Counted from the first letter of the stretch, positions 1-10,167 are shown. The stretch is 64,000 nucleotides of DNA from Pirellulales bacterium (GCA_040901675.1 JBBDYJ010000031.1:25220-89219); one strand, 5' to 3'. Notes: generated from the sequence alone by a model not told the origin. Numbers and translations are program-made.

Positions 1-93
1 GCCAGAGTTCGGGCCGGCGCAAACCAGTAGCCGGACTCGCCAGAGTTCGGGCCGGCGCAAACCAGTAGCCGGACTCGCCAGAGTTCGGGCCGG
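1..93. repeat. 38-bp tandem repeat (about 2.4 copies) built on a GTAG-type REP-like unit
   Basis: GCCAGAGTTCGGGCCGGCGCAAACCAGTAGCCGGACTC at 1-38 and 39-76, partial 77-93; core GTAGCCGGACTCGCCAGAGTTC recurs at 491-515 (rc), 23795-23860 and 56554-56620. Confidence 0.9.
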
Positions 94-490
94 GCCGCCC
101 TCGGCCGCGGATCGCCCACTCCAGACGACTTCCGTCGTCCATCTCGATCGATGCTGCCTGCTTGCTTCTTCCCTGCTTTTGAAAAAACGACGTGATTGCA
201 TGGAAGTTTCTTCAAAGGCCGTATCAGCGCATTGGGCGTCCGGCGCCAATCTGGCGGCCGATTTTTCCGGCGGAAAGGGTTGATGCGGCAACGACATGCC
301 GCTTGTGCACGCGGCCGCGGTAGACGACGGCGCGCCGTCCCGGCACGCGATGTGCCTTAATCGCCCAGCGTTCTTCTGACCTTAAAAACACCTTTCCATA
401 GCATCGCGCCAAGCGACCAGCTCGCTGGATGCGACGCTGGCTTTCCGTTTTCAGCCGGAGATAAGCGCGCGCAGCCCGCTCGGAGCTTCA

Positions 491-515
491 CCAGAACTCT
501 GGCGAGTCCTGCTAC
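491..515 (-). repeat. GTAG-type REP-like unit
   Basis: rc reads GTAGCAGGACTCGCCAGAGTTCTGG, same family as 27-50. Confidence 0.8.
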
Positions 516-691
516 CCGCGCTTCCCGCTGAAAAGTGGACAACCCCGATTGGGACATGCTACCGCTCCGCGCGGACGAAAACCGGAATATTTAGGGAAGG
601 AGTTCTGTCCTGGCCGCAGTCGATTGACCGATCGTTCCGTCCGTAGGCGGAAACCGTGGCTGCGGCCTGCACTTCGTTGAAGGAGACTGCT

Positions 692-2380
692 ATGAAGCGA
701 CATGGAAACCAGCGACAGGGACGCAGGCCTCTCGGCAGCGGGAGTTCGACGCGGCGCCGCTTGAGGCTGGAAGGTCTCGAAGCCCGCAAGCTGCTGGCGG
801 CCGACATCGGCTTCGCCGACGGCTTCATCATGATCAACGGCGGCGACGGGCGAGACGTGGCCGAGGTCTACATGGCCGATCAGCAGGTCACGGTCAACCT
901 GGCCGAGCACGGCGCCGACGGCGCGCTCGTGGGCGAGCACCAGCAGCTCTTCGCACGCGACCAGGTGCGAGGCCTGTTCTTCGACGGGCGGGCCGGCGAC
1001 GACGTGCTCGTGAACGAGACCGACATCCCGGCCATCGCCATTGGCGGCGAAGGCCACGACATTCTGATCGGAGGATCGGGCAACGACGTGCTGGCCGGCG
1101 GCCCTGGCGACGACTTCATCTTCGGCAACGGCGGCAACGACGCGATGCTGGGTGGAGCGGGCCTGAATGCCTTGTTGCCCGGCAGCCCGCCCGCCAGCGA
1201 GGACCCGTCGGAGGTCGATGACGAAGCCCCGGCGGAAGAGGAAGATGAGGCTCCGGCCGAAGAGGAAGACGAGGCTCCCGTGGAAGTGGGCGAGGATCCC
1301 CTGATGGACGATTGTGAGCCGGAGGAGGACAGCGCGCCCACCGATGAGACCGACACCGAGGAGACCGACACCGGCGAGACCGACACCGGCGAGACCGACA
1401 CGGGCGAGACCGACACCGAGGAGCCAGCCGACGACGTTGTCGACGAGACCGAGCCGGCGGATGAAGCCGGCGACGACGATGCCAGCGACGATCCCGAGGC
1501 CGATGCCGGCGACGGCGCCGTCGTTGACGAGACCGATCCTGGCGAGGCAGCGGACGGCGGCGATGAAGCCGATCCAGTCGGCGAAGTGCCGGCCGACGAC
1601 GCCGATGAGTCCGTGGAGTGCGAAGTGGCCAGCGAGCCCGAGGGCGATGGCGCCCTGGCCGACGAAGCCCCGGCCGCGGCGACCGAAGCCGACGAGATGA
1701 TGGCCGACGAGATGGTTTCTGACGAGGCAGCGGCCGACGAGGGCGACGGGGCGGTAGTCGAGGCGGTAGTCGAGGACGAGTCGCTCGCCGCTGAAAGCAT
1801 CGAGGTCGAGTCCGGAGAGACGTCGCCGGAGTCCGAGCCGATCGGTGAAGAAATTCCGACGGGCGAGGACGGGGCGAACGATTCCGAGGTCGTGACGCTC
1901 GAAGGCGACGCCGATGAGACGCTGGAAGTGACCAGTGAAGAACCGGTCGCCGACAGCGACGCCGGTCATGCCGACTCCGAGAGTGGCGAAGTCGATCCAT
2001 CGACGCCCGTTTCCAGCGACGAGTCCGGCGAGGTCGTGGTGACCGATGAGGCGCCCGAAACCACTTCGGACGACGCGGTCGAGACGATCCTGGACGAGGC
2101 CGCGGGCGACGATGAAATCGTCGAGTTGGCCGACGAGGATGCGGCCGTGATTACGGACACGTCGGAAGAAGAGACGGCCGTGCCCGAAGAGGCCGTGCCC
2201 GTGGTCGCGACCTCGGTGTCGAGCGACAACAACGTGTTGGTCGGCGGCGCCGGAAACGACTGGCTGTTCGGCGGCGATGGCGACGACGTGTTGTTTGGCG
2301 GCCAGATCGACCTCGACTTGCTGGCCAGCCTTTCCCTGCCATGGCTGGGCGCCGGGCAGCCGGCGGGCGCCAGCTCGTAA
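692..2380 (+). CDS. Planctomycete extracellular protein with RTX-like Ca-binding repeats and a long D/E-rich low-complexity region
   Basis: AGGAG RBS before ATG 692; RRLRLEGLEARKLLAAD leader; GGxGxDxLxG repeats at both ends; ETDTG and EAPAEEED repeats. Confidence 0.85.
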   Translation: MKRHGNQRQGRRPLGSGSSTRRRLRLEGLEARKLLAADIGFADGFIMINGGDGRDVAEVYMADQQVTVNLAEHGADGALVGEHQQLFARDQVRGLFFDGRAGDDVLVNETDIPAIAIGGEGHDILIGGSGNDVLAGGPGDDFIFGNGGNDAMLGGAGLNALLPGSPPASEDPSEVDDEAPAEEEDEAPAEEEDEAPVEVGEDPLMDDCEPEEDSAPTDETDTEETDTGETDTGETDTGETDTEEPADDVVDETEPADEAGDDDASDDPEADAGDGAVVDETDPGEAADGGDEADPVGEVPADDADESVECEVASEPEGDGALADEAPAAATEADEMMADEMVSDEAAADEGDGAVVEAVVEDESLAAESIEVESGETSPESEPIGEEIPTGEDGANDSEVVTLEGDADETLEVTSEEPVADSDAGHADSESGEVDPSTPVSSDESGEVVVTDEAPETTSDDAVETILDEAAGDDEIVELADEDAAVITDTSEEETAVPEEAVPVVATSVSSDNNVLVGGAGNDWLFGGDGDDVLFGGQIDLDLLASLSLPWLGAGQPAGASS

Positions 2381-2499
2381 CGTTCCCGTTGCCGGCGGCG
2401 GGCTGGACCGACTATGACTTTGCAACTTTGACTCGAAAGTCCAGCAGTGCGCAGGTTCAGTTGATGGCGGAACCAGCGCACACCGCCGCCCGGCGACGC

Positions 2500-2606
2500 G
2501 GGGGCGAACACGACAAGGGGACAAGGCGACACGAGGACAGGGCGAACGAGGACGACGAGGGTCGTCCATCGCCTTCCTCTAGTCGCCTTGTCTTCTTTGT
2601 CCCTCG
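2500..2606. repeat. Imperfect inverted repeat of GACAAGG-type short units between convergent genes
   Basis: GACAAGGGGACAAGGCGACACGAGGACAGGGCGA ... TCGCCTTGTCTTCTTTGTCCCTCGCC; similar pyrimidine tract near 29890-29962. Confidence 0.55.
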
Positions 2607-2634
2607 CCGACACCCCGCTGTACGCTCCTCCCGC

Positions 2635-3552
2635 TCACACGTCGCACAAGGCGACCGCTTCGCGCAAGCCTTCCAGCGGGTCGCGCGTGGGGATGAACTC
2701 CTGGCCCACGTAGCCCTGGTAACCCGCCTCGACCAGCGCCTCCATCACCGGACGGTAGGCGATCTCCTGCTGATCGTCCAGCTCGCGGCGCCCCGGGTTG
2801 CCTGCCGTGTGTACGTGGCCGATGTACTCGGCATACTGCTTGACGCGGCTGATGATGTCGCCGTCCATGATCTGCACGTGGTACACGTCGAACAGCAGTT
2901 TCATCCGCGGCGAACCCACCTGCTTGACGATCTCCATGCAATAATCGGTGTGGTCACCCTGGTAGCCGGGATGCCCCTTCATCTCCTCGGCCACGCGGCT
3001 GTTGAGCATCTCCAGGCACAGATTCACGCCCTTCTGCTCCGCATACCCGACGACCTTCTTGTATCCCAGGACGCAGTTGCGGATGCCTTCGTCGTCGGGA
3101 ATGTTCTCGCGGAAGCCGGTGAACGTGATCACGTTGGGACACTTGCCATCGGCCGAGGCCTCGATGGCCCGGCGGATCTTGTCCAGGCACATCTCGTGGT
3201 ACTCGGGATTGTTCATCCCCTGGTCGAACCAATGGCTCCCGGCGATCGCGCACACCAGGCCGTACTCCTTCAGCGTCCGCCACTCCTTGGGGTCGACCAG
3301 CTCGACGCTCCGGCACCCCAGCTCCTTGGCGACTCGGCAGGTGGCTTCGATATCCCAGTGCTCTTGGAAACACCAGTGCACGATCGACTGCTTGACCCGG
3401 CCCTTGGTGGCGGCCGGACCTTCGGCCGCGGCGGCTTGCAGGCCGGCGGCCCCCGCAGCCATCCCGGCGGCGACACCCGCGGCGCTGCCGATCAAGCGGC
3501 GGCGCGTCATCCGAGCCGGCAGACGCTTGCCTTTGTGGATTGAACCGCCCAT
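2635..3552 (-). CDS. Hydroxypyruvate isomerase / xylose-isomerase-like TIM-barrel protein with Tat-type signal
   Basis: TRRRLIG Tat motif; LEMLNS, LLFDVYHVQIMDGD, GHVHTAGNPGR, GYVGQEF motifs; start uncertain (3552 or 3510). Confidence 0.85.
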   Translation of the reverse strand: MGGSIHKGKRLPARMTRRRLIGSAAGVAAGMAAGAAGLQAAAAEGPAATKGRVKQSIVHWCFQEHWDIEATCRVAKELGCRSVELVDPKEWRTLKEYGLVCAIAGSHWFDQGMNNPEYHEMCLDKIRRAIEASADGKCPNVITFTGFRENIPDDEGIRNCVLGYKKVVGYAEQKGVNLCLEMLNSRVAEEMKGHPGYQGDHTDYCMEIVKQVGSPRMKLLFDVYHVQIMDGDIISRVKQYAEYIGHVHTAGNPGRRELDDQQEIAYRPVMEALVEAGYQGYVGQEFIPTRDPLEGLREAVALCDV

Positions 3553-3733
3553 CAGTGAATCTCCTGTGAAAATCGACACAATCGGACGAGGAAACCGGTG
3601 GGTCCATCATAAGCATGCGTGGGGCAAGTAGCGAGTGGCGGGGGACCTCCGCGCTCCACATCCGGCCGGGGCTGGCCTGGCTGCCTACAATTGAGAAACG
3701 AGGCAAAGCACCGAAGTGCGAGGACATTGAGCG

Positions 3734-4180
3734 ATGCGATACCTGGTCCGGGCGCGCGTCAAGCAGGGGCGCGAGGCCCAACTGCTCGACGCCATCAACA
3801 ACGAGACACTGGGCCAAGGCTCCGTGGCCGAGGGCGAGTACCTGCGCAACATGGTCGACGCCCGGCTCTGCGACGACGGCACCGTCCGCTGGGTCGAAGT
3901 CTGCTTCTGCGACATCCCGCTCGATGAAGAACGCCCCTACTGGGAGGAGTTCTTCGAGCTGGTACGCGTCCAGGATGCCCATGCACGCGACCGCTGCCGC
4001 GACCTCAACGGCACCGAGCCCTGGGCCTGCGGCGAGTGCGACTGCACCGATCGGCTCGAACAACGCCTGGGCCAATGGGGGCAGCCCTTTATTGAGGTGT
4101 TGCGCTCGTCGCTGCAGGCGCGGCAGCTCGAGCCCGCCGAGGCCCAACCGCCCGGCCTTCAGAGGCTCGAAACGCCTTGA
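3734..4180 (+). CDS. Hypothetical Cys-rich protein
   Basis: GAGG RBS, GC3-biased codons; CFC, C and CGECDC clusters. Confidence 0.7.
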   Translation: MRYLVRARVKQGREAQLLDAINNETLGQGSVAEGEYLRNMVDARLCDDGTVRWVEVCFCDIPLDEERPYWEEFFELVRVQDAHARDRCRDLNGTEPWACGECDCTDRLEQRLGQWGQPFIEVLRSSLQARQLEPAEAQPPGLQRLETP

Positions 4181-5900
4181 GCAGCTCCGCCACCCTCGGC
4201 AAGCCGGAGATGCTCCCCCGCAGAACCAGCCGAGCCGGCGACTCCTGCGTCACTACCAGCAACGTCAGGTCCTTGGCATAGGGGCTCATCTGCATCAGCT
4301 CCGGCGGTCCTCCGGCTGCGGCCATCTCGAGCGCCCGGCCGCCGTTCACAAACACGGCCTTGCTGGTGTCGGGCCCAAGCTGGTCGAGTGCGGCCTGGAA
4401 TCGCTGGTCGGCGGCAATTGTTTGATCGGTGTCGCCGGCGTTGACCGCGGCCTCCACCGCGCCGAGCGTGCCGGCCACTACGGCCCGATCGCTCACACGC
4501 ACCAGGGCAATCGGCGGGGCGTCCCTGAAGGTATATTGCCGTCCTGCCTGTCCATCGACCATGATCTCGGCCGGCGGCTGGGCCACGGTCGGCCCCAGCA
4601 AGGCCGGCAGCGATAGCAACTGGTTCCACAGCGCTTCGGAGCGGAGCGTGTCGTTGGAAGCGATCACCGCCGCGATTTCGGGAATCTGGTTCCGCGCGGA
4701 GGTCTGCCCGCTGGGAGGCAGCACGAACAAGGCGATCTCCTGGATGTTCGAGAACAGTTCGCGGCCCACGTCCATAGCCGACGGCTGAGCGTGGCCCCCA
4801 TCCGCTGGGCCTATCGCCGGCTGCGCCTGCGGATTCAGTCCGAGCACCGCCACGGCGACCGCGCCCGAGGGAACGTGCCCCAGCGTCGCGCGAGTCAGCG
4901 GGGCCGTCCTGACCAGGGAATACAGCAGGTTGCGGTGGTCGTCGCCCATGGCCAACGCCACTTCCAGTTCGATCCCTTGCTGGTTGGTCCGCAGCACGGC
5001 GGTCAGGCTTTCGAGCCGCTCCAGGTCGAGCAAAGCGCGGGCCACGGCGGCCTCCTCTCCGCGGAGCTGCGGGCCCGCCACCATCATGGCCCGCGCGCCA
5101 TTCACGTACACAAACGCCAGCGCGCCGTCCCGATCGGTTTCGCGGAACTCGGCCTGGCCGGCCAGGTTGTCGGCCTGCGGGTCGTTCAATCGCTGCACTG
5201 CCGCCTCGAGCTGCTCGCGCGACCGCGAAACCAGCAGCAGCCTGGTGGTCGCGGTAATCCACACCTCGTTTTCGACCTGGTACGTCTTGAAGCCGCCGAT
5301 AGCGGCGGCGGGCTTGATCACTTGGACGGCGCTCTCCAGCAGGCCCCGCAGCAGATCGCAATCGCCAGGGTGGAGCACCGCGATTCCCTGGGGACTGCCA
5401 TCGGGAAGGATGGCCGTGACGGCCGCCGCGGCCCCCTTGATCTTGTTCAGCTCGGCCAGCAAAGCCGGGCTGATCGACACGTCGTCCGGCAGGAAGAATC
5501 CTTCTCCCAGCGGCGTGCCGTCCGTGGCGGCCGCACCATTCGGCGGCGTGCTATCCAGGCCCAGCATCCCGGCGAGTGCGGCGATATGTTTGCCTGGGTC
5601 GACAATTTCCAGGTAGGCCAGCGTATCGGGCGGCATCAGCCGGGCGAAATCGGCGGAGGCCAGGTCCTCCCGGCATTGCCGCAGCCGCAGTTCGGCCTCG
5701 GCCCGCAGTCGCGCATCGGCTGCCGTGTCGGCCACGACTTTTTCGTAGGCCTCCGCGGCGCCTACCAGGTCCTTCTGGTGCATTTGCAGGAAATACGCGC
5801 GCTCGAAGTCCTGTGTCGCAGCCCTGGGCTGCGCCATGGCGGCAGCTTGGAAGGCGAGCAGGAAAGTGCAGAGGGTCGGTGCAAGAAGGGTCTTTTTCAT
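4089..5900 (-). CDS. Secreted hypothetical protein (signal peptide, TPR-like N-terminal helix pair)
   Basis: 603 aa ORF, MKKTLL..AAAMAQ signal, GGAG upstream. Confidence 0.75.
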   Translation of the reverse strand: MKKTLLAPTLCTFLLAFQAAAMAQPRAATQDFERAYFLQMHQKDLVGAAEAYEKVVADTAADARLRAEAELRLRQCREDLASADFARLMPPDTLAYLEIVDPGKHIAALAGMLGLDSTPPNGAAATDGTPLGEGFFLPDDVSISPALLAELNKIKGAAAAVTAILPDGSPQGIAVLHPGDCDLLRGLLESAVQVIKPAAAIGGFKTYQVENEVWITATTRLLLVSRSREQLEAAVQRLNDPQADNLAGQAEFRETDRDGALAFVYVNGARAMMVAGPQLRGEEAAVARALLDLERLESLTAVLRTNQQGIELEVALAMGDDHRNLLYSLVRTAPLTRATLGHVPSGAVAVAVLGLNPQAQPAIGPADGGHAQPSAMDVGRELFSNIQEIALFVLPPSGQTSARNQIPEIAAVIASNDTLRSEALWNQLLSLPALLGPTVAQPPAEIMVDGQAGRQYTFRDAPPIALVRVSDRAVVAGTLGAVEAAVNAGDTDQTIAADQRFQAALDQLGPDTSKAVFVNGGRALEMAAAGGPPELMQMSPYAKDLTLLVVTQESPARLVLRGSISGLPRVAELLKAFRASEGRAVGPRRARAAAPAATSATPQ

Positions 5901-6307
5901 GATTTCGAACTCCGGCAGGTCCTTTGTGCGAGCTGGCAGGCAGGCGGAAAAGAGAACACCTAGGGCCGTATTCGCCGCACAGCCCTGATTCTTGGCGCAG
6001 TTCCGAAAAAAAGACAGGAAAGCTCATCGCGGTAAGGAAGAGCTAGGGCGTCGAGCGAGAACGTGGCAGCCTTTTTGCCGGCGTTTACCGGCTCTTGTCA
6101 TTTTCCTCTTCAGACCCCCAGAGATGGGGGAGAAAATACCCGACTCTGGCTTACCGACGGTGTCGTCGGACAGCTCGGCCTGCTGATGGCCGGCGAGAAC
6201 GACGGCCGTGCTTGCGGTCGCGCAGCAGCTTGACCGCCAGGCCTCCCAAGCTCGCTTTGCCGGACCACTTGCCACATCAGGCCAGCTTCACGGCACGCTT
6301 CCGGCTC

Positions 6308-6324
6308 TTGGCACCCTATATGCT
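6308..6324 (+). promoter_or_regulatory. Putative sigma54 (-24/-12) promoter
   Basis: TTGGCACCCTATATGCT = GG-N10-GC with TGGCAC core, upstream of the PDZ gene. Confidence 0.65.
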
Positions 6325-6398
6325 GTCTTGCTCTGCGGGCCGGATCGGCTACGATGAGCTTCATCCGCCGGTGACCGGCTGAAACCGCGGCCATGATC

Positions 6399-6434
6399 GC
6401 CTCCTCCCTGATGTGTCGGGGACGAGGTTTTTTT
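6399..6434 (+). terminator. Intrinsic terminator inside the 5' leader of the PDZ gene (attenuator candidate)
   Basis: GCCTC-C-TCCCTGA ... TCGGGGA-C-GAGG followed by T7; no upstream co-directional gene. Confidence 0.7.
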
Positions 6435-6552
6435 GTGCGCCGCGGATGGTTGATCGTGCAATGCGCCCCGGACGCGGCGGGCAACGGTGGAGCAACAGGT
6501 GGTTGCTCCGGCCCGCCGTCGCCAAACGGCGCACAGATGAAAGGAGCGTGGC

Positions 6553-7647
6553 ATGAGAATCGGAAGCTTATCGTGGGTCGTGGCCGCAGCCATGGGACTG
6601 ATCGTCCCCGCAACAGTCCTGGCTGCCGACACGCATCAGGGCAAAGTGGTCGAAGCAGATGAAAACCGGTTGACGATGACCGACCAGGAGGGACAGGAGC
6701 AACATTCGCACGACCTGGGCGACGACGTCCGCGTGACCATCGACGGTGAGGAAGCCAAGGCCGCGGACCTCCAGGAAGGGGACCAGGTCACCGTGACCAC
6801 TGAGACGACCGGCAGCGAGAAGAAGGTCACGTCGATCGAGGCCACGCGCCAGCAGGAAGGCTCGCGCGTGCAAAGCAGCCAAGCGCAGCGCCGCGACCAA
6901 GCACAGCGTCGTGACGAGGCACAGCGTCGTGACGAGGCACAGCGCCGCTTCCGGCCCGGTGATCGAGAGCAGGACTCCGTCGAGCGCCGCCAGGACGAGG
7001 CCGGCCGTCGAACACAGCCCGGCCGAGACGAGCAGGCGGCCTTGGGGGTTCTAATCGCAGAAACCGATGAAGGGGCCCGCGTGGTCGAGGTGCTCCCAGA
7101 CAGTCCGGCAGCCGAAGCCGGCCTGCGTGAGGGCGATGTCATCGTTCGGGCCGACGGCCGCCAGGTCAGTTCAGCCCGGCAACTGGCGTCGGTCATTGCC
7201 CAGCACGACCCCGAGACCACCGTGAGGCTGGAGATCGAGCGGAGAGGTGAGCGCCGGACCTTGGAGGCGGAACTGGAACCGCGCCGCGAGACGTTCGACC
7301 AAGGCCGCGGCATCGAGGATCGCTTTGGCCGGATTCTTCGCCGGCCGTTCGGCGGCACCGACCCGGACGCCGAAGTGCTGGAGCAGCTCGGCGAGCTGCG
7401 GCGGCAGATGCGGACCCTGCTGCGAGAGGTAGAGCAGCTTCGGGCCGATGTCTCCGACTTGCGGTCCGAGCGGCAGGGACGCTTCAGCGGCGATTTCGAG
7501 CGCGGTTCCCGTGGCGAACGCTTTGAACCGCGTGGCCGCGTCGGCGGCCGGTTCGGCGCCGAAGAGGAGGGCGGCTTCGACCAGCCCCGCGGCTCTTCGC
7601 AACCGCGTGATGAGGACCGCCAGCAGTACGACCGCGGAGATTTTTGA
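6553..7647 (+). CDS. Secreted PDZ-domain protein
   Basis: AAGGAG RBS; signal peptide; LGVLI..VVEVLPDSPAAEAGLREGDVI PDZ signature; AQRRD repeats; coiled coil. Confidence 0.85.
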   Translation: MRIGSLSWVVAAAMGLIVPATVLAADTHQGKVVEADENRLTMTDQEGQEQHSHDLGDDVRVTIDGEEAKAADLQEGDQVTVTTETTGSEKKVTSIEATRQQEGSRVQSSQAQRRDQAQRRDEAQRRDEAQRRFRPGDREQDSVERRQDEAGRRTQPGRDEQAALGVLIAETDEGARVVEVLPDSPAAEAGLREGDVIVRADGRQVSSARQLASVIAQHDPETTVRLEIERRGERRTLEAELEPRRETFDQGRGIEDRFGRILRRPFGGTDPDAEVLEQLGELRRQMRTLLREVEQLRADVSDLRSERQGRFSGDFERGSRGERFEPRGRVGGRFGAEEEGGFDQPRGSSQPRDEDRQQYDRGDF

Positions 7648-7687
7648 CGCCCGGCCTTGAGCGGCGTTGAGTCTCGATTGACAAGTA

Positions 7688-7722
7688 AGCCCGCCCGCGG
7701 CCCGGCTGCGGGCGGGCCTTTT
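7688..7722 (+). terminator. Intrinsic terminator after the PDZ gene
   Basis: GCCCGCCCGCGG ... CTGCGGGCGGGC then CTTTT. Confidence 0.75.
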
Positions 7723-7774
7723 GTGTCAGAAGTCAGAGGTCAGAGGTTCCGCCTGCGGCGGACTTGCAGCACAG

Positions 7775-9211
7775 TCAGAGGTCAGAGGGCTCGTTCAGCT
7801 CGGGGGCCGCCAGCGTATTCAGGAACATCAGCAGGCGCGACCGCTGGCCGCTGGTCAGCTTGCGGTAGCGCACGGCCGCTGCCTTGGCCTCGCCGCCATG
7901 CTGCTCGATGGCGTCCTCGAGCGTCGGCGCCCGCCCGTCGTGCATATACGGTGCTGAATCGCGCACGCCCCACAAGGGCGGCGTCCGCCACTCGCGGCGG
8001 ACCGGATCGGACACGCGGGCGAGCAATGGTATCTGGGTACCGTAGTACGATCCCAGCACGACTCCCGTCGTGCCCGGATCCGAGAGACTCGAGGGATTGG
8101 CGGGGGTGGGGTCGTCCAAGGGCGGCCCCATGTCGTGCAGCAACAGATCGCTGTAGATGCCCTCCACCGCGCCCACGTCGCGGCGGTGGCAGTCGGAACA
8201 GCCGATCTGATCGAAGTAGCGCTCGCCGACTTCAACCATCTTGGCCTGCCGCCGATCGTCCGGTATGACTTGGCGAGGCGCCGGCAAGGCGGCCACGAAC
8301 GCCACGAGGTCGTCGCACTGGTCGTGCGAGAGATCGAGGCCATAGGACCAGTAGTCCGGATCGTGCGGCACGGAGGGCTGTTGATGCCCGGGCGCCGTCA
8401 GGCCCAGCTCGTTGGCACAAGCTCCCAGCACGAAGTCGCGCAGCGTCGCCGTCTGCCCGCGCCAGCCGAAACGGCCGACCCCTCCCTGGTTCGCCCTGGG
8501 AATGCGGCCGCTGACGCTGGTGAACCGCCTGCGCTGATCGGCTGCGATCTCTTCCAGGTCCGCCTCGACAACCGTATCGATCAGGCCTGCGCCGAACAGC
8601 GCCGGCGTATTGCGCTGGCTCAGCGTCAGCGAAAGCCCTTCGACCGGCGACAATCGCCTGACGAACGGCCGGCTGTCGATCCGGCCCCGGGCGGCGCGGA
8701 GCGTAACGGCCTGCCGCGCGGCCGGAGCCTGGTTGAAGGGCTTTTCGTCGCCCACGAGGCGGATGCGAAGTTCTTCGTATTCCGCGCCCGGCCCGAAATG
8801 GTGCAGGACCAGGCTCGGATTCTGGGGCGTCAGGCCGGGATGCGCCCGCGACAGCCGCGCGGTGATCGGCGCGAGCGGCCCGGATCGTTTCCCACCGATT
8901 TGCCTGGTTGGCGGCACGACGCTGAGGACGTTGACGTTGTTCTCGGCCGGGCCGGCGCCTCCCATCCCGCCCAGCTTATGGCAAACCGCGCATGAAACGG
9001 CGTTATACACCGGCCCCAGCCCGTCGCCGCCGCCGGCCAGCGGGTCGCCGGCGACCCATTCGTGCACGAAGAGCTCCAGGCCGCGTTCGATCCGCGTATC
9101 TTGCCGCGGCGGGTCCTGGGCGGTACAAGGTTTTTCCGCCGACCAGCAGCAGCCCAGAACCAGAGCCCCCAGCGACAACCCGCGCAGCCGCGCTCGCACG
9201 TGAGCCTGCAT
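7775..9211 (-). CDS. Di-heme oxidoreductase (DHOR) family c-type cytochrome
   Basis: GDGLGPVYNAVSCAVCH, RNTPALFGAGLI, GRFGW, CSDCH, YSDLLLHDMG, WRTPPLWG, YMHDGRA. Confidence 0.9.
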   Translation of the reverse strand: MQAHVRARLRGLSLGALVLGCCWSAEKPCTAQDPPRQDTRIERGLELFVHEWVAGDPLAGGGDGLGPVYNAVSCAVCHKLGGMGGAGPAENNVNVLSVVPPTRQIGGKRSGPLAPITARLSRAHPGLTPQNPSLVLHHFGPGAEYEELRIRLVGDEKPFNQAPAARQAVTLRAARGRIDSRPFVRRLSPVEGLSLTLSQRNTPALFGAGLIDTVVEADLEEIAADQRRRFTSVSGRIPRANQGGVGRFGWRGQTATLRDFVLGACANELGLTAPGHQQPSVPHDPDYWSYGLDLSHDQCDDLVAFVAALPAPRQVIPDDRRQAKMVEVGERYFDQIGCSDCHRRDVGAVEGIYSDLLLHDMGPPLDDPTPANPSSLSDPGTTGVVLGSYYGTQIPLLARVSDPVRREWRTPPLWGVRDSAPYMHDGRAPTLEDAIEQHGGEAKAAAVRYRKLTSGQRSRLLMFLNTLAAPELNEPSDL

Positions 9212-9378
9212 GGCACGCCTCCTCTGTTTGGTATGCAGAACGCAACGGACGACGTGACGGTGTTCCAGCGCGGATTATAAGCTTCTCTACCGTCCTGGCA
9301 AGCAAATTCGCGCCGCTGTTTCTACAATGAACTGAACAGGTCCGCTCCCTTTGTCCCCTCCCTGCAAGGTCCCCATCC

Positions 9379-10167
9379 ATGGCGGCCTCGCTCGATAATC
9401 AGGCAGTGACCATTGCGGGCTTGCTCGCCTTGTTCCTTGGGCCGGTTGCCTTGGCGGTGCTGCTGGCGTGGCTCGAGAAACGGCGGCGTGCCCGCCCGCC
9501 ACGTTTCAGGGTTACGCTCGCGGATTCCATGGTGGAGGTCTATGTTCTCTGCGACCGCAAGACATACCGGCTATCCGCCGGCAGCGTCGCGGCCGCCCGT
9601 TTCCTGAAGCAGCTCGCCCGCTGGCGGGCGCTGCACGCGGGCGAAACTCCCCTTCGGCTTATTTCCTTCAAGGACGACTTCAGGCGGCTCCTGCGGGCTG
9701 GCCCGTTGGCCGGCCTGATCTGGACCCTGCGCTACGGCAAGGCCGAGGCGCAGTGGATGGCCGTCTGGCTGCTGGGGCGCTTCGCGGACGGACGCGTGGC
9801 CGCCGCCGTTAAGCCGTTTTACAGCCATCCGGACCAGCGCATCCGCAAGCATGCCATGCGTGGGGTGCGGCGGCTGCTGACCATCGAGGGGCTGGAACGG
9901 CTGGCGGCTGAGGAGAACGATCCGGCCTACCGAGGCTTGCAGACTGCGGGCCTGCGAAAGCCTTTTTCCAACCGGCTGGCCCGCTACCTGCAAGGCGTCG
10001 AAGGCACGGGCGCGGCCGGCGAACCAGCGGGGATGGAGTGGTTTCTGGCCCACGAGCTGGACGAGCCGGTCCTGCCCAAGAGCCGCTCGTTCATTCGCCG
10101 CCTCCTGGAGCACATCCGCCGCCTGGTCCACCCCACTGCCGCCGACGAGGAGGTCCGGGTTCGTTGA
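9379..10167 (+). CDS. Membrane-anchored HEAT-repeat-like hypothetical protein
   Basis: N-terminal hydrophobic helix; AVWLLGRF..HPDQRIRKHA HEAT-like pattern. Confidence 0.65.
   Translation: MAASLDNQAVTIAGLLALFLGPVALAVLLAWLEKRRRARPPRFRVTLADSMVEVYVLCDRKTYRLSAGSVAAARFLKQLARWRALHAGETPLRLISFKDDFRRLLRAGPLAGLIWTLRYGKAEAQWMAVWLLGRFADGRVAAAVKPFYSHPDQRIRKHAMRGVRRLLTIEGLERLAAEENDPAYRGLQTAGLRKPFSNRLARYLQGVEGTGAAGEPAGMEWFLAHELDEPVLPKSRSFIRRLLEHIRRLVHPTAADEEVRVR

Noticed and set aside
1..93. Possible CRISPR array
   Set aside because: Units are identical head-to-tail with no unique spacers and no cas genes
512..2569. Long antisense ORFs (also 32883-35651, 40582-42561, 44087-46063, 56714-59614 and others)
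   Set aside because: Shadows of real genes caused by high GC and codon bias; no motifs
7726..7789. TCAGAGG heptamer repeats
   Set aside because: Short low-complexity intergenic repeats; no function supportable
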